From contig CM052817.1 of NCBI GenBank assembly GCA_028534125.1, forward strand, positions 67,706,001 through 67,770,000: a DNA stretch of 64,000 nucleotides, in the 5' to 3' direction. Positions 51,485 through 64,000 of the stretch are shown one piece after another; positions within the stretch are counted from its first letter, which is position 1, and the number at the start of each line of letters is the position of its first letter. Source of the stretch: Lama glama. Lineage: Eukaryota. A program made the translations under genes and the position numbers. The notes beneath the pieces are model-generated. The model worked only from the letters and a program-made list of their open reading frames with translations. It was not told the origin of the DNA and did not search any database.

Positions 51485-51830
51485 ACTTATTCACTCATTC
51501 TGCAAATCTTTATTGAGCATCAGCTATATGCTACACACAGTTCTTGGGACCTAGTCAACAAACTAAGATCCCTGCCCTTGTGGAGCTTACATTCCAGTGG
51601 GAAGCAGAACAAAAAATAAATAAAATAAGTAGACTGCTAATATCATAGAAGATGATAAATGTAACGGAAAAGAGATAAGGTAGATTAAGACAGATCAGGT
51701 GTACCAGGATCAAGGTTGGAGGTTGGGCCATTTGCAGCACTAAATAAAATAGTCAGAGCATGCCTCATTGAGAAGGTGAGGTTTGAGCAGACTTGAAGGA
51801 GACAATGGGGTTAGCCAAGTGGATATTTGA
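51485..51830 (-). mobile_element. L2 3' end
   Basis: tcattctgcaaatctttattgagcatc...cctgcccttgtggagcttacattccagtggg...tgagaaggtgaggtttgagcagacttgaagga. Confidence 0.85.
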
Positions 51831-54800
51831 GAAAAGACGGATCACACTTTCCTCTCCCACCTCCATCGAGAGCTTTCATCCAGCGCTGCCTTTGAGACAC
51901 AGAAGATGTGGTTAGCTTGCTGAGCTGCCAGAGCACTTGTTTTTGGCTCACACAGTAAATTCAGTGAATAAGGTTTTAGTCATTTTGTGACTGTCGTGTG
52001 ACGTAGGAGACTGAGTACAGGAACAGAGCAAGGAGAAGCAGCACAAGACTCAAGAATGAGGTGGGGAGGAGAGGGAACTCCTTGCTAATCTGAGATCAGG
52101 GAAGGTTCTGGAAATCTTGTCGCTAGTATGAAGTCAAAACCTTTCCTATTTCTTAAATGTTCTCCCCTGTAATGAGTTTAAGTTATCTAAATCTGACATT
52201 TAAAACTCACAGGGTCTTTTTGCTGCCACTGAAGACTTCTTTTAACTGGTTTCCCCTTCCTTCTGTATTTACATGGCAACCAAAGGAGAGCAATCGAAAC
52301 TATAATTTCCAGCCCAGGATAGGGAATTTCAGTGTTATTGTTTTAATCCTTGCTCTCTACCAGTCTTATCACATATCTTTTTGTTCCTTGGGGCTTTTTC
52401 AACATAGCTAATCAAAACATAGTTAAAAATGTATGCATTTCAACTAAATATGGTTATTGAATAATTGACAGGTCCTGACTGAATACCAAGAACATAAAGA
52501 TGAGGAAGATGTGGTTCTATCAGTAGTGAGAAGCCATCCTTAGTAACCTCTTGGGGTGTTACTATACCATCACCTGTTGGGGTGTGACTATACCGCAGGT
52601 CAGAATAGAATGACCATTAAGTCACAAGAAAACAATAAAATATATTTCTCATACCCCAAAAATAATTCAGTCAAAAATAACAAACATTTTTTCCCAATGG
52701 AACCTAACGAGGTGAGACTTAAGAAAACTAGTGTTCTTACCAATGATTATTTGACTACTGCCATTGACTTTCCCATAAACGTCTGAAAACCCAGCAACAT
52801 TTAGCCACTTCTCCTGGTTCCTGTTAGTAAGTCTGTGTTTCACCAAAAGGCCTTAATCGTGCACGTTTACTGTTTTCTCACTACACCACAGGAAAGGAAG
52901 AGGATGGAAGCTTCACAAAAGTCAATAAAGAACTGGAAACAGTGAAGTTAGGTGAAGCCCTAAGACAGGGACCATGGACAAGCACAGAGATTGTTGGAGA
53001 CCGCAGACCTTTTGGAGTGGCTCTTCTGGAGAACTTGATGTTTCTGTGTTGATTGTACAGCGAGGTCTGCCCATTGGGTGGTGGTGGTGTAATTTATGTA
53101 ATATAGAGCGCAGATGTCAGAGAAATCAAGTTTTATTCAGCCTTAGGGGTCTTAAGTAAAGAATTCCCCCCAAAATTCAAATAACAAAACATGTAAACCA
53201 CATGTACGTGGTGTTTGGCATCATATCACAGAAATGGGTTTGCATCAGTTAGCAGGTAGCTGCTGACCTGAAATGGGATTTCTCTTCTGCAGAGGGAATT
53301 ATAGACAGGTGAAAACGGGAGGAGAAAATAAGCATGTCCCTCCCAGACCACTCTCTTTGTCTTCTTCATTCAGGAGTCTCATCACTCTGGGGAGGATTTT
53401 GCACCACTTCTGTTTTGTTGCTGGGCCTATCCAGTTTCTATACCCAAATGAAGTATTCCTGGAATTTAAGGTGTCATTTTACCAGCCTAACCGCAAGTTC
53501 TGCATTGTTTCCTCTGCTCTGCTCTCACCCTTGAGTAATACCTCTCCCTCACTACTAAATTCAGTGTCCCTGTCTAGGGCTCAGAGAAGAATACTGAGCC
53601 CTCGGCTCCTGCATATCTTCACAAAAGGTAAGACAGACCAGCAGAGCAGTAAAATGACAGGCCCTTTGTTTGAGCCCAACTCCGGGACTTCCCCTTTGGT
53701 ATAAGCTGAGTCACATTTTTCCTGTTGTCAACTTGAAGCCTGTCCGTTGATGTACGATAGGGCTATCTTGCTGATGTAGAAAGCCAGGCAGACAGGTTTC
53801 CTTGCATTTGTTTGCCTTACCTTGGACCCTTACCAATTAGAAACTGTCCACTGGCCAACGGAGATAAGACATGGTTTATTAAAGCCCAGATACTATGCTG
53901 AATGAACTAATTTCTGACCATTTTCTTCTGTGAACATGCTATCCGAAGTTCCTGCCTTGTGCAATCTTACTGGTTTTGACACAAGTCTTTTGGGATGCAT
54001 ATGTGCATTTTATTCTTGATATCTGTTCAGTTGACACGTGCTTTCAAACCACACATATCTTTGATTGGCTGGTAAATTGTGAAAACAGGAAGTCAAAGGA
54101 TGGAATCAATTGTGAAACAGACATAACAAGTGAAGCTTTCTGTGTAAGTGCCAAGATGGGAATGCTGTTGTAAGAAACAAACAAACACAAAAATGAAATG
54201 ATAATATTGATGTAATACCAACAGAAAGAGTGAACATCCAGAATGCTCTAATTATCATATTTTTAAGGCCTTTTAATCAATGAGATGGTTGCAGATCTTA
54301 ATCCACAATATTGTTGCTAGACATGATAAAATCTCCAAAATTAGGTGAGGGGTGTGATGACATTTGCTGGCTAGGAAATATTTGAGATAATATTTTTTTT
54401 TGTCTGAAATCACTATCTGCATTGAACTGAAAGGAAAAAAAAAACTTGCTGTTCTAATTTAATCCCTTCATTTTTTTGGCAAATATCTACTGAAATCTTA
54501 CTCTAGGACAGGGTTGTGGAGATGATAGCATATTCCCTTCTTGCTTATAAACCTTTGCATGGAGACTTTTTTTGTAATTCTTCAAAGTTGCCAAGCATCG
54601 ATTCTCTTGTGATATTATTCTTCTGTGGTGAATTCTCAAAATGAAGGGTTTTTTGTTTGTTTGTTTGCTTGTATTTTAGTAAAGTAGTATGTAATGAGTT
54701 TATGAAATTTATTACTTCATATCTTTCAGAAATGAATGGATTTTTTAAATATTTGGATAAATTTTGAGGTAGGACTGCTGTTGGCAGTAGAATAGAAGGC

Positions 54801-55234
54801 CAGAGGATGGACCACTCATGGTAAATCTTGTTCATCCATTTTTTTTTGAGAATTTCTATATGAAATATGCTAAATAAATGAGATCATGTGCCATCCATTC
54901 AGATAACTGACTTTTTCAAAGTATGATCAATATCTCTCAAGGTCTATCTCTGCCTGAAAAGAATTTAAAATATTACAGTCGGACATTTTAATATCATCTT
55001 GTTGGAGGGAGAATAAAGAATTAATGATGAGGACTTAGCACAATTGTGTGTTCGTTAGAAAATTAAATCACAACGCATATATCAATCCCTTTAACCTTCA
55101 AACAACATTTTAAGAGACTTTCAGGAGGAAGAAGTACTTTGGAGGCAGTCAGATATTCATTTCAGTCAGTCTTAATTATATTAAAAAATCTGGTTCCTAG
55201 AAATTTAAAAATCAAAGCTAGAAGAAAATAAATC

Positions 55235-55360
55235 TACTCTAACCCTCTCATCTTACAGATAAGCAAACTGAGACACAAACAAATTAAGTGACTTGCAAAG
55301 GTCACAGGATTAATATAGGGAAGAAGCCAAGCCAAGCCCAGGTCACCTAGATACCAGAGC
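55235..55360 (-). mobile_element. MIR SINE core
   Basis: tcatcttacagataagcaaactgagacac...attaagtgacttgcaaaggtcacag. Confidence 0.7.
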
Positions 55361-56299
55361 TTGATTCATGTCTGTGCACTGACAGGAAGAGGAAATAACA
55401 CTGCAGCCTAGAACTATCCGGTTATCCGTAGCCCATATTGTGAAATGATCCCATTTGGGGATGGAATCAATCACTAATTGGAAAGGTCCTGCATTGACTT
55501 TAAGCTCATGAATCTGCCTCAAAAGGTGGTTCATTTGTCATAGTTCTGTCACATCCACGCTGCATTCCAGAGCTGCCAGCCAACTCTGGACTAACAAAAC
55601 AGCCCTTTTTATTGTTTAATAGAAGGATGAAAAGTGAAGAAAATTTCTAAGTATAAAGGCCCTCCCAAAGAGAAATCCAGAGAAAATAGCAATAATAATG
55701 CAAAATATTCAACTATGTAATTTCCAAGACTTTCATTTAACTGTATCGTCAAATAACACTATTATTCATTTCACAGCTATAGATCAATTTGCTCATGTGT
55801 GAAACCTATGAAATAACAACCATTTTCTCTTCAGATGAGTGATCCTGGTTTGAGTTACCCATACAATTTGATGAAAATACATTATTCCAGATGGACTCCA
55901 GTTGCTGGGCAGATGGAAATGTGTAAGTAAAAGACTAAAAATTTTATTATCCTAAATTGGGTGGTCAGAGAACGAAAATATGAGAACATAACTTTATCCC
56001 ACATAATTTGTAAGTTTCCTGAATTCTTAAAAATTCTTCTCAGGAGAAAAAAAAACTTCAAGAAAAATGTATAAAGTTTTGACATACATTTACATTTAAA
56101 ATTATCTACTTTTACAGTTGAATTTTTATCCATAATTTGCAGCTATACTAAATATATTTGTAATATAGTCACTTTCTGTTTTCATGTACTGAGCTAATTT
56201 GTCTATAAACCAAGCTCAGGTATTCTCACTCTCCTTTAGTTGAATGTACAGTATCTCCCTCCCACCATGGGCATAGGTGCAAACTGAGAGAATGTCACT

Positions 56300-57800
56300 G
56301 GTGTGACTGTGATGAGTGGCACGAGGGTCTGGGCTACCTGGCCATGCAGCTTACTGTGTTCTCTGTCACTGCCTGTGACGCATCTAGATATACCCTTCTA
56401 TCTAGTGATAGACTGCTGCCGGGCCCATCTGTCTTCATGACTCGGCCAGTCCAACAGAAATTAGCTCATAATGGGCAGCTCAGTCGGCATCCTGTAGGCA
56501 AGAGTTTCCTCTCTACTAGGACTCAAGATCACTCCAAGAGCCGTTTTTCAGGAAGTATCTCATTCTCCATTGCAGATGGCATGGCCTTGCTTCAAACTCC
56601 CAAAGGCCTGCCTTAAGTGTCTGTCACTAGAGGTTGCCATCGGCTCCAAACAACATCTTTTCCCAATACCGAGACCTCCAGCACTGTAGGGTCTGATGGA
56701 TCTCATAGCCCGAGGACCTAGACCCCACTACAGCCTAAACCCGATGCAGAGCCCTTTCCAGCTCTGGTGCCCCCTCAAAGCAGACAGCCTTCTGTGTAAC
56801 CAAGTGTATATGTTACAGGAGCATTTCTAGTTGTAGAGGGTGTGGCATCTAGAACCTGAGGAGACCTACCGGGAGCAGTGCTTCCCTCCTTGCGATGGGG
56901 ATGCAAGATGCAGCAATTAGACTTTTACATAGGACAGCAACTTCCACTGTGTTACTGATCACTGGGTTCTATAAACTTCGCTGAAGTGGCAAGTTCCTGA
57001 AACTTCATCTCCCACAACCAAGGATTGCCAACTCTTATTATAGAGGAGTAGACTAGTTCTGTAAACTTTGAACATTCAGGAAGGTCTACGGAACCAAAAT
57101 CCTCTGGGGGGCATCTATCCAGATGCCTCCATCCTATGTTTTAAGGTCCCAGGTTTTCCCAATCAGGGCCCATCAAAGCATCTCTGCAGCTTCTAGAACT
57201 CCATCAAGTATTGAGTCTGTTCTTCAGCTCTTCACTACTCCACTGAGGGAGATTGGTGCCTCTCAATAAAATACCAGAGAGGCGCTCTGGTTCTCACTCT
57301 GAGGATCTGTTGTGTGTTAAGGGCCCTCAGCTTCTCATTATCCCTCTGCAGAGCGTCAACATAGCCTAGTAATAACCAGCCAACTCTGCAGTCCTTGCAT
57401 GCCCCACCCCCACGTCTTCTAAATCCCTGAATCATCACACCTGCAAAGAGGTCTCCCTTGTGATGTTTCTGCAAGTCACCACTGGTAAAATGTTCAGCTG
57501 TTGGACTGCCATCTTGTGCCAGGGACTGTCAGTTTCCCACCTTCCTCTTCACATGGGGTCCTCCTCACCTGCTGGGCAGTGAATGAGCCCAGGCCTCAAA
57601 TCCATCTTACCACCTGATTTATCAGAACATTTTGAGTATCAACTATATAAATTCAGGTCAACCAGAGGCAGACATCAAGATAGGATTGCACATGTAAAAT
57701 ATTTATTAGGAAAAACTCTGAAGAATAATAAAGGGGGAAGGAGCAGGAGTAGGAAAAGCCTTCAGAGCACAATGAGGCCCTGACACCTGTAAAAAGACAG
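56300..57800 (-). mobile_element. ERV-L-class provirus remnant: part of 5' LTR, gag-like and deleted pol segments
   Basis: Minus-strand GWLLLGYVDALQRDNEKLRALN (ERV-L/MaLR gag-like); aggcctttgggagtttgaagcaaggccatgccatctgca (RPLG..SKAMPSA) and gagctgcccattatg (ELPIM) from pol; LTR16/33-like antisense sequence at about 57640-57800. Confidence 0.75.
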
Positions 57801-58115
57801 AGAGTTTGTCATCCTGCATCAGATGATCTTGAACTCTATACGTCTCCCATTTCTGTATCTGTTGCTCAGAAAGTGATCAGAAGAACTGAAGATAGATGTC
57901 CATGAAAAGGCCTAGCTTAGAATCCATACAGAAGGGGTCCTTAACAACTGTTGTTACAGGTTCACTGCAAAAACACAGGAAAAATAATAGGCAGAGCCCT
58001 GAGTGTCCTTCAAAGAAATACAGTGCCCTTAATTCCATGTGTAAACAGGTAGCCAGGAGGCTGCCTCTCTCTGCATTTACAACAACTCCTATTTCTCACC
58101 TAACTCAATGTTTAG

Positions 58116-58117
<2 letters not shown>

Positions 58118-58194
<77 letters not shown>

Positions 58195-58204
58195 TTTTTT
58201 TTTT
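58118..58204. repeat. Compound microsatellite (CT)n(AT)n plus T-run
   Basis: Directly visible; abuts the tail of an antisense SINE. Confidence 0.95.
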
Positions 58205-58320
58205 GGAGAGAAGCTAATCAGGTTTAGTTATTTATTTTTGGAGGAGGCACTGGGGATTGAACCCAGGACCTTGTACATGCTAAGCATGTGCTCTACCACT
58301 TGAGCTACACCTTCCCCCCC
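58190..58320 (-). mobile_element. tRNA-Ala-derived SINE
   Basis: ggaggcactggggattgaacccaggaccttgtacatgctaagcatgtgctctaccacttgagctacacc. Confidence 0.9.
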
Positions 58321-58509
58321 TGCACTTTATATTTTAAATAGCATGAGGAAGAAAACAGAATTCACTTATCTCTTATAGACATGACCTCAGAAATGTATTC
58401 TGCTTTATAACAGTTATTATTAATGAAAATGCATCTCTTCTATTGTTTAATCAGAAAGAGGAAAAACAGGGCTTGTGACGGGAGGTAGGACAAGGCAAAC
58501 AAATGTGGA

Positions 58510-58690
58510 GTGCTGGTCCATGCCAGGCACTGCTGTAAGCCCTTTAAAAATGCCTTCATACTCCAGCCTTACAACAGCACTCTCGAGTAAGGATTATTAT
58601 CCACATCTTACATGAAAACCGAGGTTTATAATGGTTAACCTGTCCATAGTAATTCAGTTAATTGTCAGAAATGATTAGTCATTGACTTCA
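58510..58690 (-). mobile_element. MIR SINE
   Basis: catgccaggcactgctgtaagccctt...gattattatccacatcttacatgaaaaccgagg. Confidence 0.6.
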
Positions 58691-58729
58691 GACTCGTGTA
58701 TATTTCATCTTTTAAAAACTTTATCTGTT

Positions 58730-58828
58730 GGTGGAGGAAGAAATAGCTCAGTGGTAGAGCACTTGCTTAGTTATGCATGAGATCCTGGGTTCAATCCACA
58801 GTACCTCCATTTAAAAAACAAACAAAAC
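58730..58828 (+). mobile_element. tRNA-Ala-derived SINE with TSD
   Basis: atagctcagtggtagagcacttgcttag...cctgggttcaatccacagtacctcc; ctttatctgt at 58719-58728 and 58829-58838. Confidence 0.85.
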
Positions 58829-59509
58829 CTTTATCTGTAAAGTGGGCCTTATGCAAGAATTATAATGATTTTAGCTTAAATCATTTTCTTTCCAATATAA
58901 AAAAGAATTTTCCCTATGCTATGGATTTTAAAACCTATAATGATTTTTGTCCCTACCTCACGTTATTTTAAGTAGTTAATTGTTCATAGATCTATTTCTC
59001 TCACTTAAATTTAAACTCCTTGAGGGCAGCTATCATGTCTAATTCATCTCATCCCCAACCAACTAGAACAAAGCCTGAATATTGTACATTCTTAATTTAC
59101 GTGTGTTAAGTCAAATAGGAAATCTCAAACAACTCAGTTAATTTTTCTTCTAGTTCTCCAGTTATTCTGATATAACAAATTAGAGCATTATAGTGGAAAA
59201 CACATTCTCCTCTTTACTCTGTGGGACCCACATCATGATGGAGGAGCCCTCTCAGAAGCCTTAAAACTCTCCTGTTTGTTAAGAACCCAAAGTTGTTTAG
59301 CTAGGTTTTTTTCTTGGTTAAAAGATAGATGTGGGCTTGGGAATCAACAGGGAGTCCTTATCCTGGAAACTCACCCCCTGAGTTCCCCACTGCTTGGAAA
59401 GATGACCAATGGAAAGCATGAAAGTAGAGAGCACATGGGATTTGGAGAACAGATCATGAAAGGTGACTTCAGAATAGAGGGCGCTGGCAGTGGCTTCCTG
59501 AGTTCACAT

Positions 59510-59735
59510 CGTGGTGAAGAGTGCAGGCTTTGGAGACAGACCAGCCTTAGTTTGAATCCTGTGTGTGGCACTGAGCTGTGTGCCCTTGGACCAGTTGCTG
59601 AACTTAGCTAACCACAGTTTCCCCGCATGTAAAACAGAGATGCTAATAGTGGTGTTGTGAGAATGAAAAGGAAGAGCAAACGTAAAGCATTTAGGACATG
59701 ACCAACCCAGGATAAATACTCATTACATAGTTATT
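59510..59735 (+). mobile_element. MIR SINE
   Basis: gtggtgaagagtgcaggctttggagacagac...tttgaatcctg...cagtttccccgcatgtaaaacagagatgctaatagt. Confidence 0.8.
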
Positions 59736-62700
59736 TTGACTCATTCTTATTTTTTCTGTGCATGCAACCAGCTGCTCGTATGTCTGAGCCAAATGATAAC
59801 ACTTGGAACTCACAGTTTTAGTAGATCTTTGCATTTCCACAGCACCTTTCATCTCAGAGAACCAAAGCCCTGGAAGATATTAATTCTTATTTACTTTATT
59901 TATACTGGTAAAGGCGGGAGCACACACGCTGGCCTAGTTATTCAAAAGAACTGTATTACCAAGAACTAACTCCACACGCACAAAGTAAAACCAAGTAAAC
60001 CCTTAGTGGAATCTAGGTCTCTCATCTTTCAGGATGCCTCTTTAATTGGATCAGATGATCTGTTTCCAGTGGCTAAATATTATTTATTGGCAGTGTAAGT
60101 CAAAGCTGCTGATATATTACTCTTTTGGGGAGTGTTTGTTTTGGGAAAACTGCTCTCAAATTTTCTAAATGTGAATTTAAAAGTCTGTCAGTCTATGTGC
60201 TGATAACACAAAACAGATTGTAAATGTAACGGGATGCAATCAAGTCAAACAAATCCAAGGAAAGCGCCAGAAGGCTTAATATTAGGACTGCTCCTGTTCA
60301 CAGGCTCTTGCTAATGACGGAACAATTGTTGGTGCTGATTTGTAGCTGGCGTTGATATGCAGACAGCGACACTTTCATCTAAAATCCCGCTCCAAATTTT
60401 TTTAATCCTGTCAGTGAATTTGCTGTGTCTGCAAAGAGCAACTCCAAAGAACCTTTCTAAATAATAAGAAATGGGAATAGGCCAGCAGCGTCTTATTAAT
60501 TCTGAATCCAGGGTGTTCATTGAAATATACCATGATTTTTCTCTTTGTCATTGTTTTTTGTCATCTACTGGGATACCTGCCTCTGAACTCCTGGTGTGAA
60601 TTTACAACTAAACACGGCTTTAAAATCCTGAAATTGGTCAAGGATGGAGGGAGGTGGGCATTAAACTACGGAAGGGTATTTGCAAGATTCCAAACTCATC
60701 GAACGTTTCCTGCAGAAAATAAAAAAATGTAAATGTGCTCTGACTGCTGCTCACGTTTACTGTGGGGACCAGGTTTGTTTTTTTTTTTTTTAATCAAACA
60801 GCACCTGCCTCTCTATTCAGAGATGTCTGCGTGTGCGGGTAAGTGCAAACAACAAAGGCTTCGATTGTGGCAGCGGCTGCATCATCTGCTGAGAACTTGC
60901 CATTCTGCGTCAGGTCAGAGGCTGAGGTTTGGTGCAGGGAATGGAGCTTTTAATATCAGGTGAATAGATTTTTATAAGAGGTTGGGAAGCTTTAGGTCTT
61001 AGAAGGAAAATAGTGCTTTAAAAATAGCCACATTTCTTTTGTACTGCAATTATCAGTGCATGACAAGTCATTTTTCTATTCTGTTCCATGTGGGCAAAAG
61101 GAAATATCCTCTACCCATCTCTGTGGGCTGGACGTTGTAAGAAGTCAAAGTGTCCCCGGATTTAATCGGTTTCTTGAGAATGTGCAATTTACCTAAAAGA
61201 CTGATCCTGAAACACCTCTTTTAAGGGAGGATGAACAAATGGTAACAAATTCATCAATTGGTCCAGGAAGTCAGCTGTCACATGTTCACTGTTTAAGCAG
61301 GTAATATTGATTAAATTGGTGGCATTTCCATAATTCCTACTGGAAAGAAGTTCACATTGTGTAAGTGACCAAACATCAGAAACACAAACAGGCTTGTTAA
61401 GAGTTGAAAAAATGATACGGGTATAAAGAGTAGAACAGTACCTTGAGTCGAGCTCAGCTTTGACATTGATGGTGAGACCCAGGCAGATCCCGTAATGCCT
61501 CTGAGCTTCCATTTCCACTATAAAGTGGAAAGGGTCAAATGTTCCTTTAATTGTGAGAAGGAAATGGAAAAATGTTTGTGAAGAGCTCTGCAAATGGTAA
61601 AACACCTTAAGAGCACCAGGAAAAAAAGGAGCCAGAGCAATGATAATACTAACAGTAATAATTATAAAATAATTATAATATGATTAAACATAACAGTGAC
61701 TATTATTATTATTCAAAAGAGCAAATCTTGCCCAGAAGTGCTGAAAATTGGTAGATGGTACAGCTCACCTATGTTGTTCTTATGCTCTGGACTGGAGGAC
61801 AAGGAGACACACACATAATTCCGTATGAAAAAATGAAGTCTGTCATGACTGAGGTGGACTCCAGACACATTAACATGAGTTCTTTGAAAGAAACTCTGCA
61901 GACCCTGAATTAAAGTCACATCTTTCGGAGACCCTTTTTCAAAAGCAAGGGGTGGGCTGACAGAGGATCCTCTTCACCTGAGAACTTGCTGGGTTTCAAA
62001 TGATCTTGACCCACAGAACGGGGGAAGGGAGGGGTGGTCACGTTAACTGGTGAAGGTCATGTTTCTCTCTCAATAAATCAGTTACCCGCGTGTTTATGTA
62101 GCCTACGTGAAGGTGCCAGTCAGTGGCAAGCATTCACTTTGTACCTCTGCTCCAAAACTGACAGCTTCCCATTTTTACTGGAACCGAAGATTTTTAAATA
62201 GCCTCCTAGAAAGCTGCAGGAATTATGGATCAAAAACTAGCACATATTTTTGCTTCTGAAACCGATACCTCAGGAAAAAAAATACACGTATAACACTAGA
62301 TGCACAAAGTATACAACTCCCACAGCCACTCTCCGGATGGTAAGTTTTGTGGTGAGAAGGTAAGGCAGCTAGTGATCACTTGCGAAGAGTCTTAAGTCCT
62401 GCAGTTCCTCTCCTCAGATATGGAGAAAGATGTGACCAGCATAAGTAGGCTGCCAAGTGTTTCCCCTCCTTTGGTGGTTGTAGACTGTGTCTGTTTAGAT
62501 AAGCTGGAACCACACTTCCCGGAATCTTCTTCCCTGTGTAGTCCTGGGTTAGTGCCCCGGAGACGTTTGCGTGCGATTTGGGAGGCCAAGGAAAGCAGCA
62601 GCCGTTATGCTCAGAAGATCGTGGCTGCTCAAGTCAGGGAAGGATAGACAAAGAAGTTCCAGTCTGTCCTGCTCTCCGTGATCCGTGCCCAGCTCCCTCC

Positions 62701-63095
62701 CTGACTGCCTGCTTTGCTGACCAGCATAACAACTCCAACTCCAGGTGAAGGCTGCCACCAGACCCTTCATGGTAAATTCACAGAGGCAATAGCCACAAAG
62801 AACCAGAAAGCTTCTGCAGACTTCTGCTCAGTGCCATTTCTGACGCCACGCTGGTGGCTGGACATGACTGACCTCCTGCAGGCTCTAATTTGTTCACCCC
62901 CTTGAGAGCTGGTTTAAGTCAGGTTCCTATATCAACACAGTACAAGTCGTTTGAAGGCATTTGGTGTAGGGGAAAAGCATGGGCTTCAAAGTTCTACAAA
63001 TCTATGTACTCTTCCTCTTTCCTTTTCTAGCTGTATAACCTGAATTTTCTTAAGCCTCCATTTCAACCTTCAGGAGAAGTAGTAAGAAATCCTGC

Positions 63096-63266
63096 AGGGA
63101 ACTATATTCAATAGCTTATAATAACCTATAATGAAAAATTATCTATGTCTATATCTATATCTGAATCAATATGCTGTACACCAGAAACTAACACATTGTA
63201 AATCAACTAGACTTCAATTTAAAAAAAAAAAGAAAAGAAGAAAAAAAAATAAATAAAAAAAAAATA
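63096..63266 (+). mobile_element. L1 3' terminal fragment with long A-tail and TSD
   Basis: agggaactatattcaatagcttataataacctataatg...cattgtaaatcaactagacttcaat plus A-tail; aaatcctgc at 63087-63095 and 63267-63275. Confidence 0.85.
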
Positions 63267-63289
63267 AAATCCTGCCTTTGTCCTGTGTG

Positions 63290-64000
63290 AAGAAAACAGA
63301 AAGTTCTCCCATGAGAACTCTTAATCATTAGGTGGTCTTCATGTAGATTTGGGGCTCATGCATTCTACCCATATAAGCTGTAAAAACCCCAAGCTAAAGT
63401 GGCTTATGATTGTGAATGCCTCTGAAGCATCTGGGAAGAGCAAATATAGAAACTTTCCAAAGGAAAACACCTTAGATCCAGGACACAGTTTTCCCAAATA
63501 AGTTTCCAAGAAATGTGAGCTCACAGTAAGAAGGGGGAAAAAATCACACAACACCCAAGAAAACAAGTTGTCATTAGCAAGAATCAGCCAAAACAATAAA
63601 AAAAAACAAACAAACAGAATCTGGCCTGCAAAGATTGCAAATAATAAATTTGTAAACAAATGTTTATCAACTGTATCCTTTGTGCCAGATTATCCTTGGT
63701 GCCTGGGATTGGACACATCAATGAGCAAAACCGAATTCTTGCCGTTTTGGTGAGATTTATTATCAATGTTTAAAATGGAAAGACTGTCTCTTTAACTTTT
63801 TAAAAGAAATACTAGAGGATGTCAACATTACAGGCAGATTCAATAAACAAATAGAACTTGAAGAAATAAAAATAATAATCATCTTGAAAATTAGAAACTC
63901 AATGGACGGGATAAACCACGGGTTAAAAACAACTGAAGAGAGAACTCAAGCTTTTGTTCAGAATGCAGGACAAAGAGACAAAGGGGTGAAGAAAATGAAT
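63290..64000 (+). mobile_element. Old L1M 5' region/ORF1 start, running off the window
   Basis: ttgaaaattagaaactcaatggacgggataaaccacgggttaaaaacaactgaagagaga (ORF1 coiled-coil-like IRNSMDGIN..LKTTEER). Confidence 0.65.

Noticed and set aside
1..64000. CRISPR arrays, operons, rRNA or other prokaryotic/viral systems
   Set aside because: No regularly spaced repeats or dense ORF organisation; the content is typical mammalian intergenic DNA.

Overview
Mammalian genomic DNA, AT-rich and repeat-dense, with one 500-N assembly gap (25614-26113). The tRNA-Ala-derived SINEs and the young L1 3' ends point to a camelid (inference). I find no intact protein-coding gene or RNA gene, and nothing prokaryotic. 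The main non-repeat signal is a CpG-rich island at about 9.0-10.4 kb. On its minus strand it carries the decayed, intron-containing remains of a gene resembling SSX2IP (ADIP/Msd1, afadin- and alpha-actinin-binding protein). At least three exons align with the SSX2IP coiled-coil region as I recall it, with apparently matching intron positions and phases. The copy has a stop codon, a frameshift, three dead splice sites (all A/T to G/C changes) and a MER5A at the start of one exon. The rest is L1, L2, MIR, MaLR/ERV-L and hAT relics, several informative L1 insertion structures, and repeat-free, homeodomain/TALE/SOX-motif-rich blocks that may be conserved enhancers. All family and homology calls are by eye from remembered consensus or protein sequences. 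Repeat boundaries are approximate and need RepeatMasker/tblastn confirmation.
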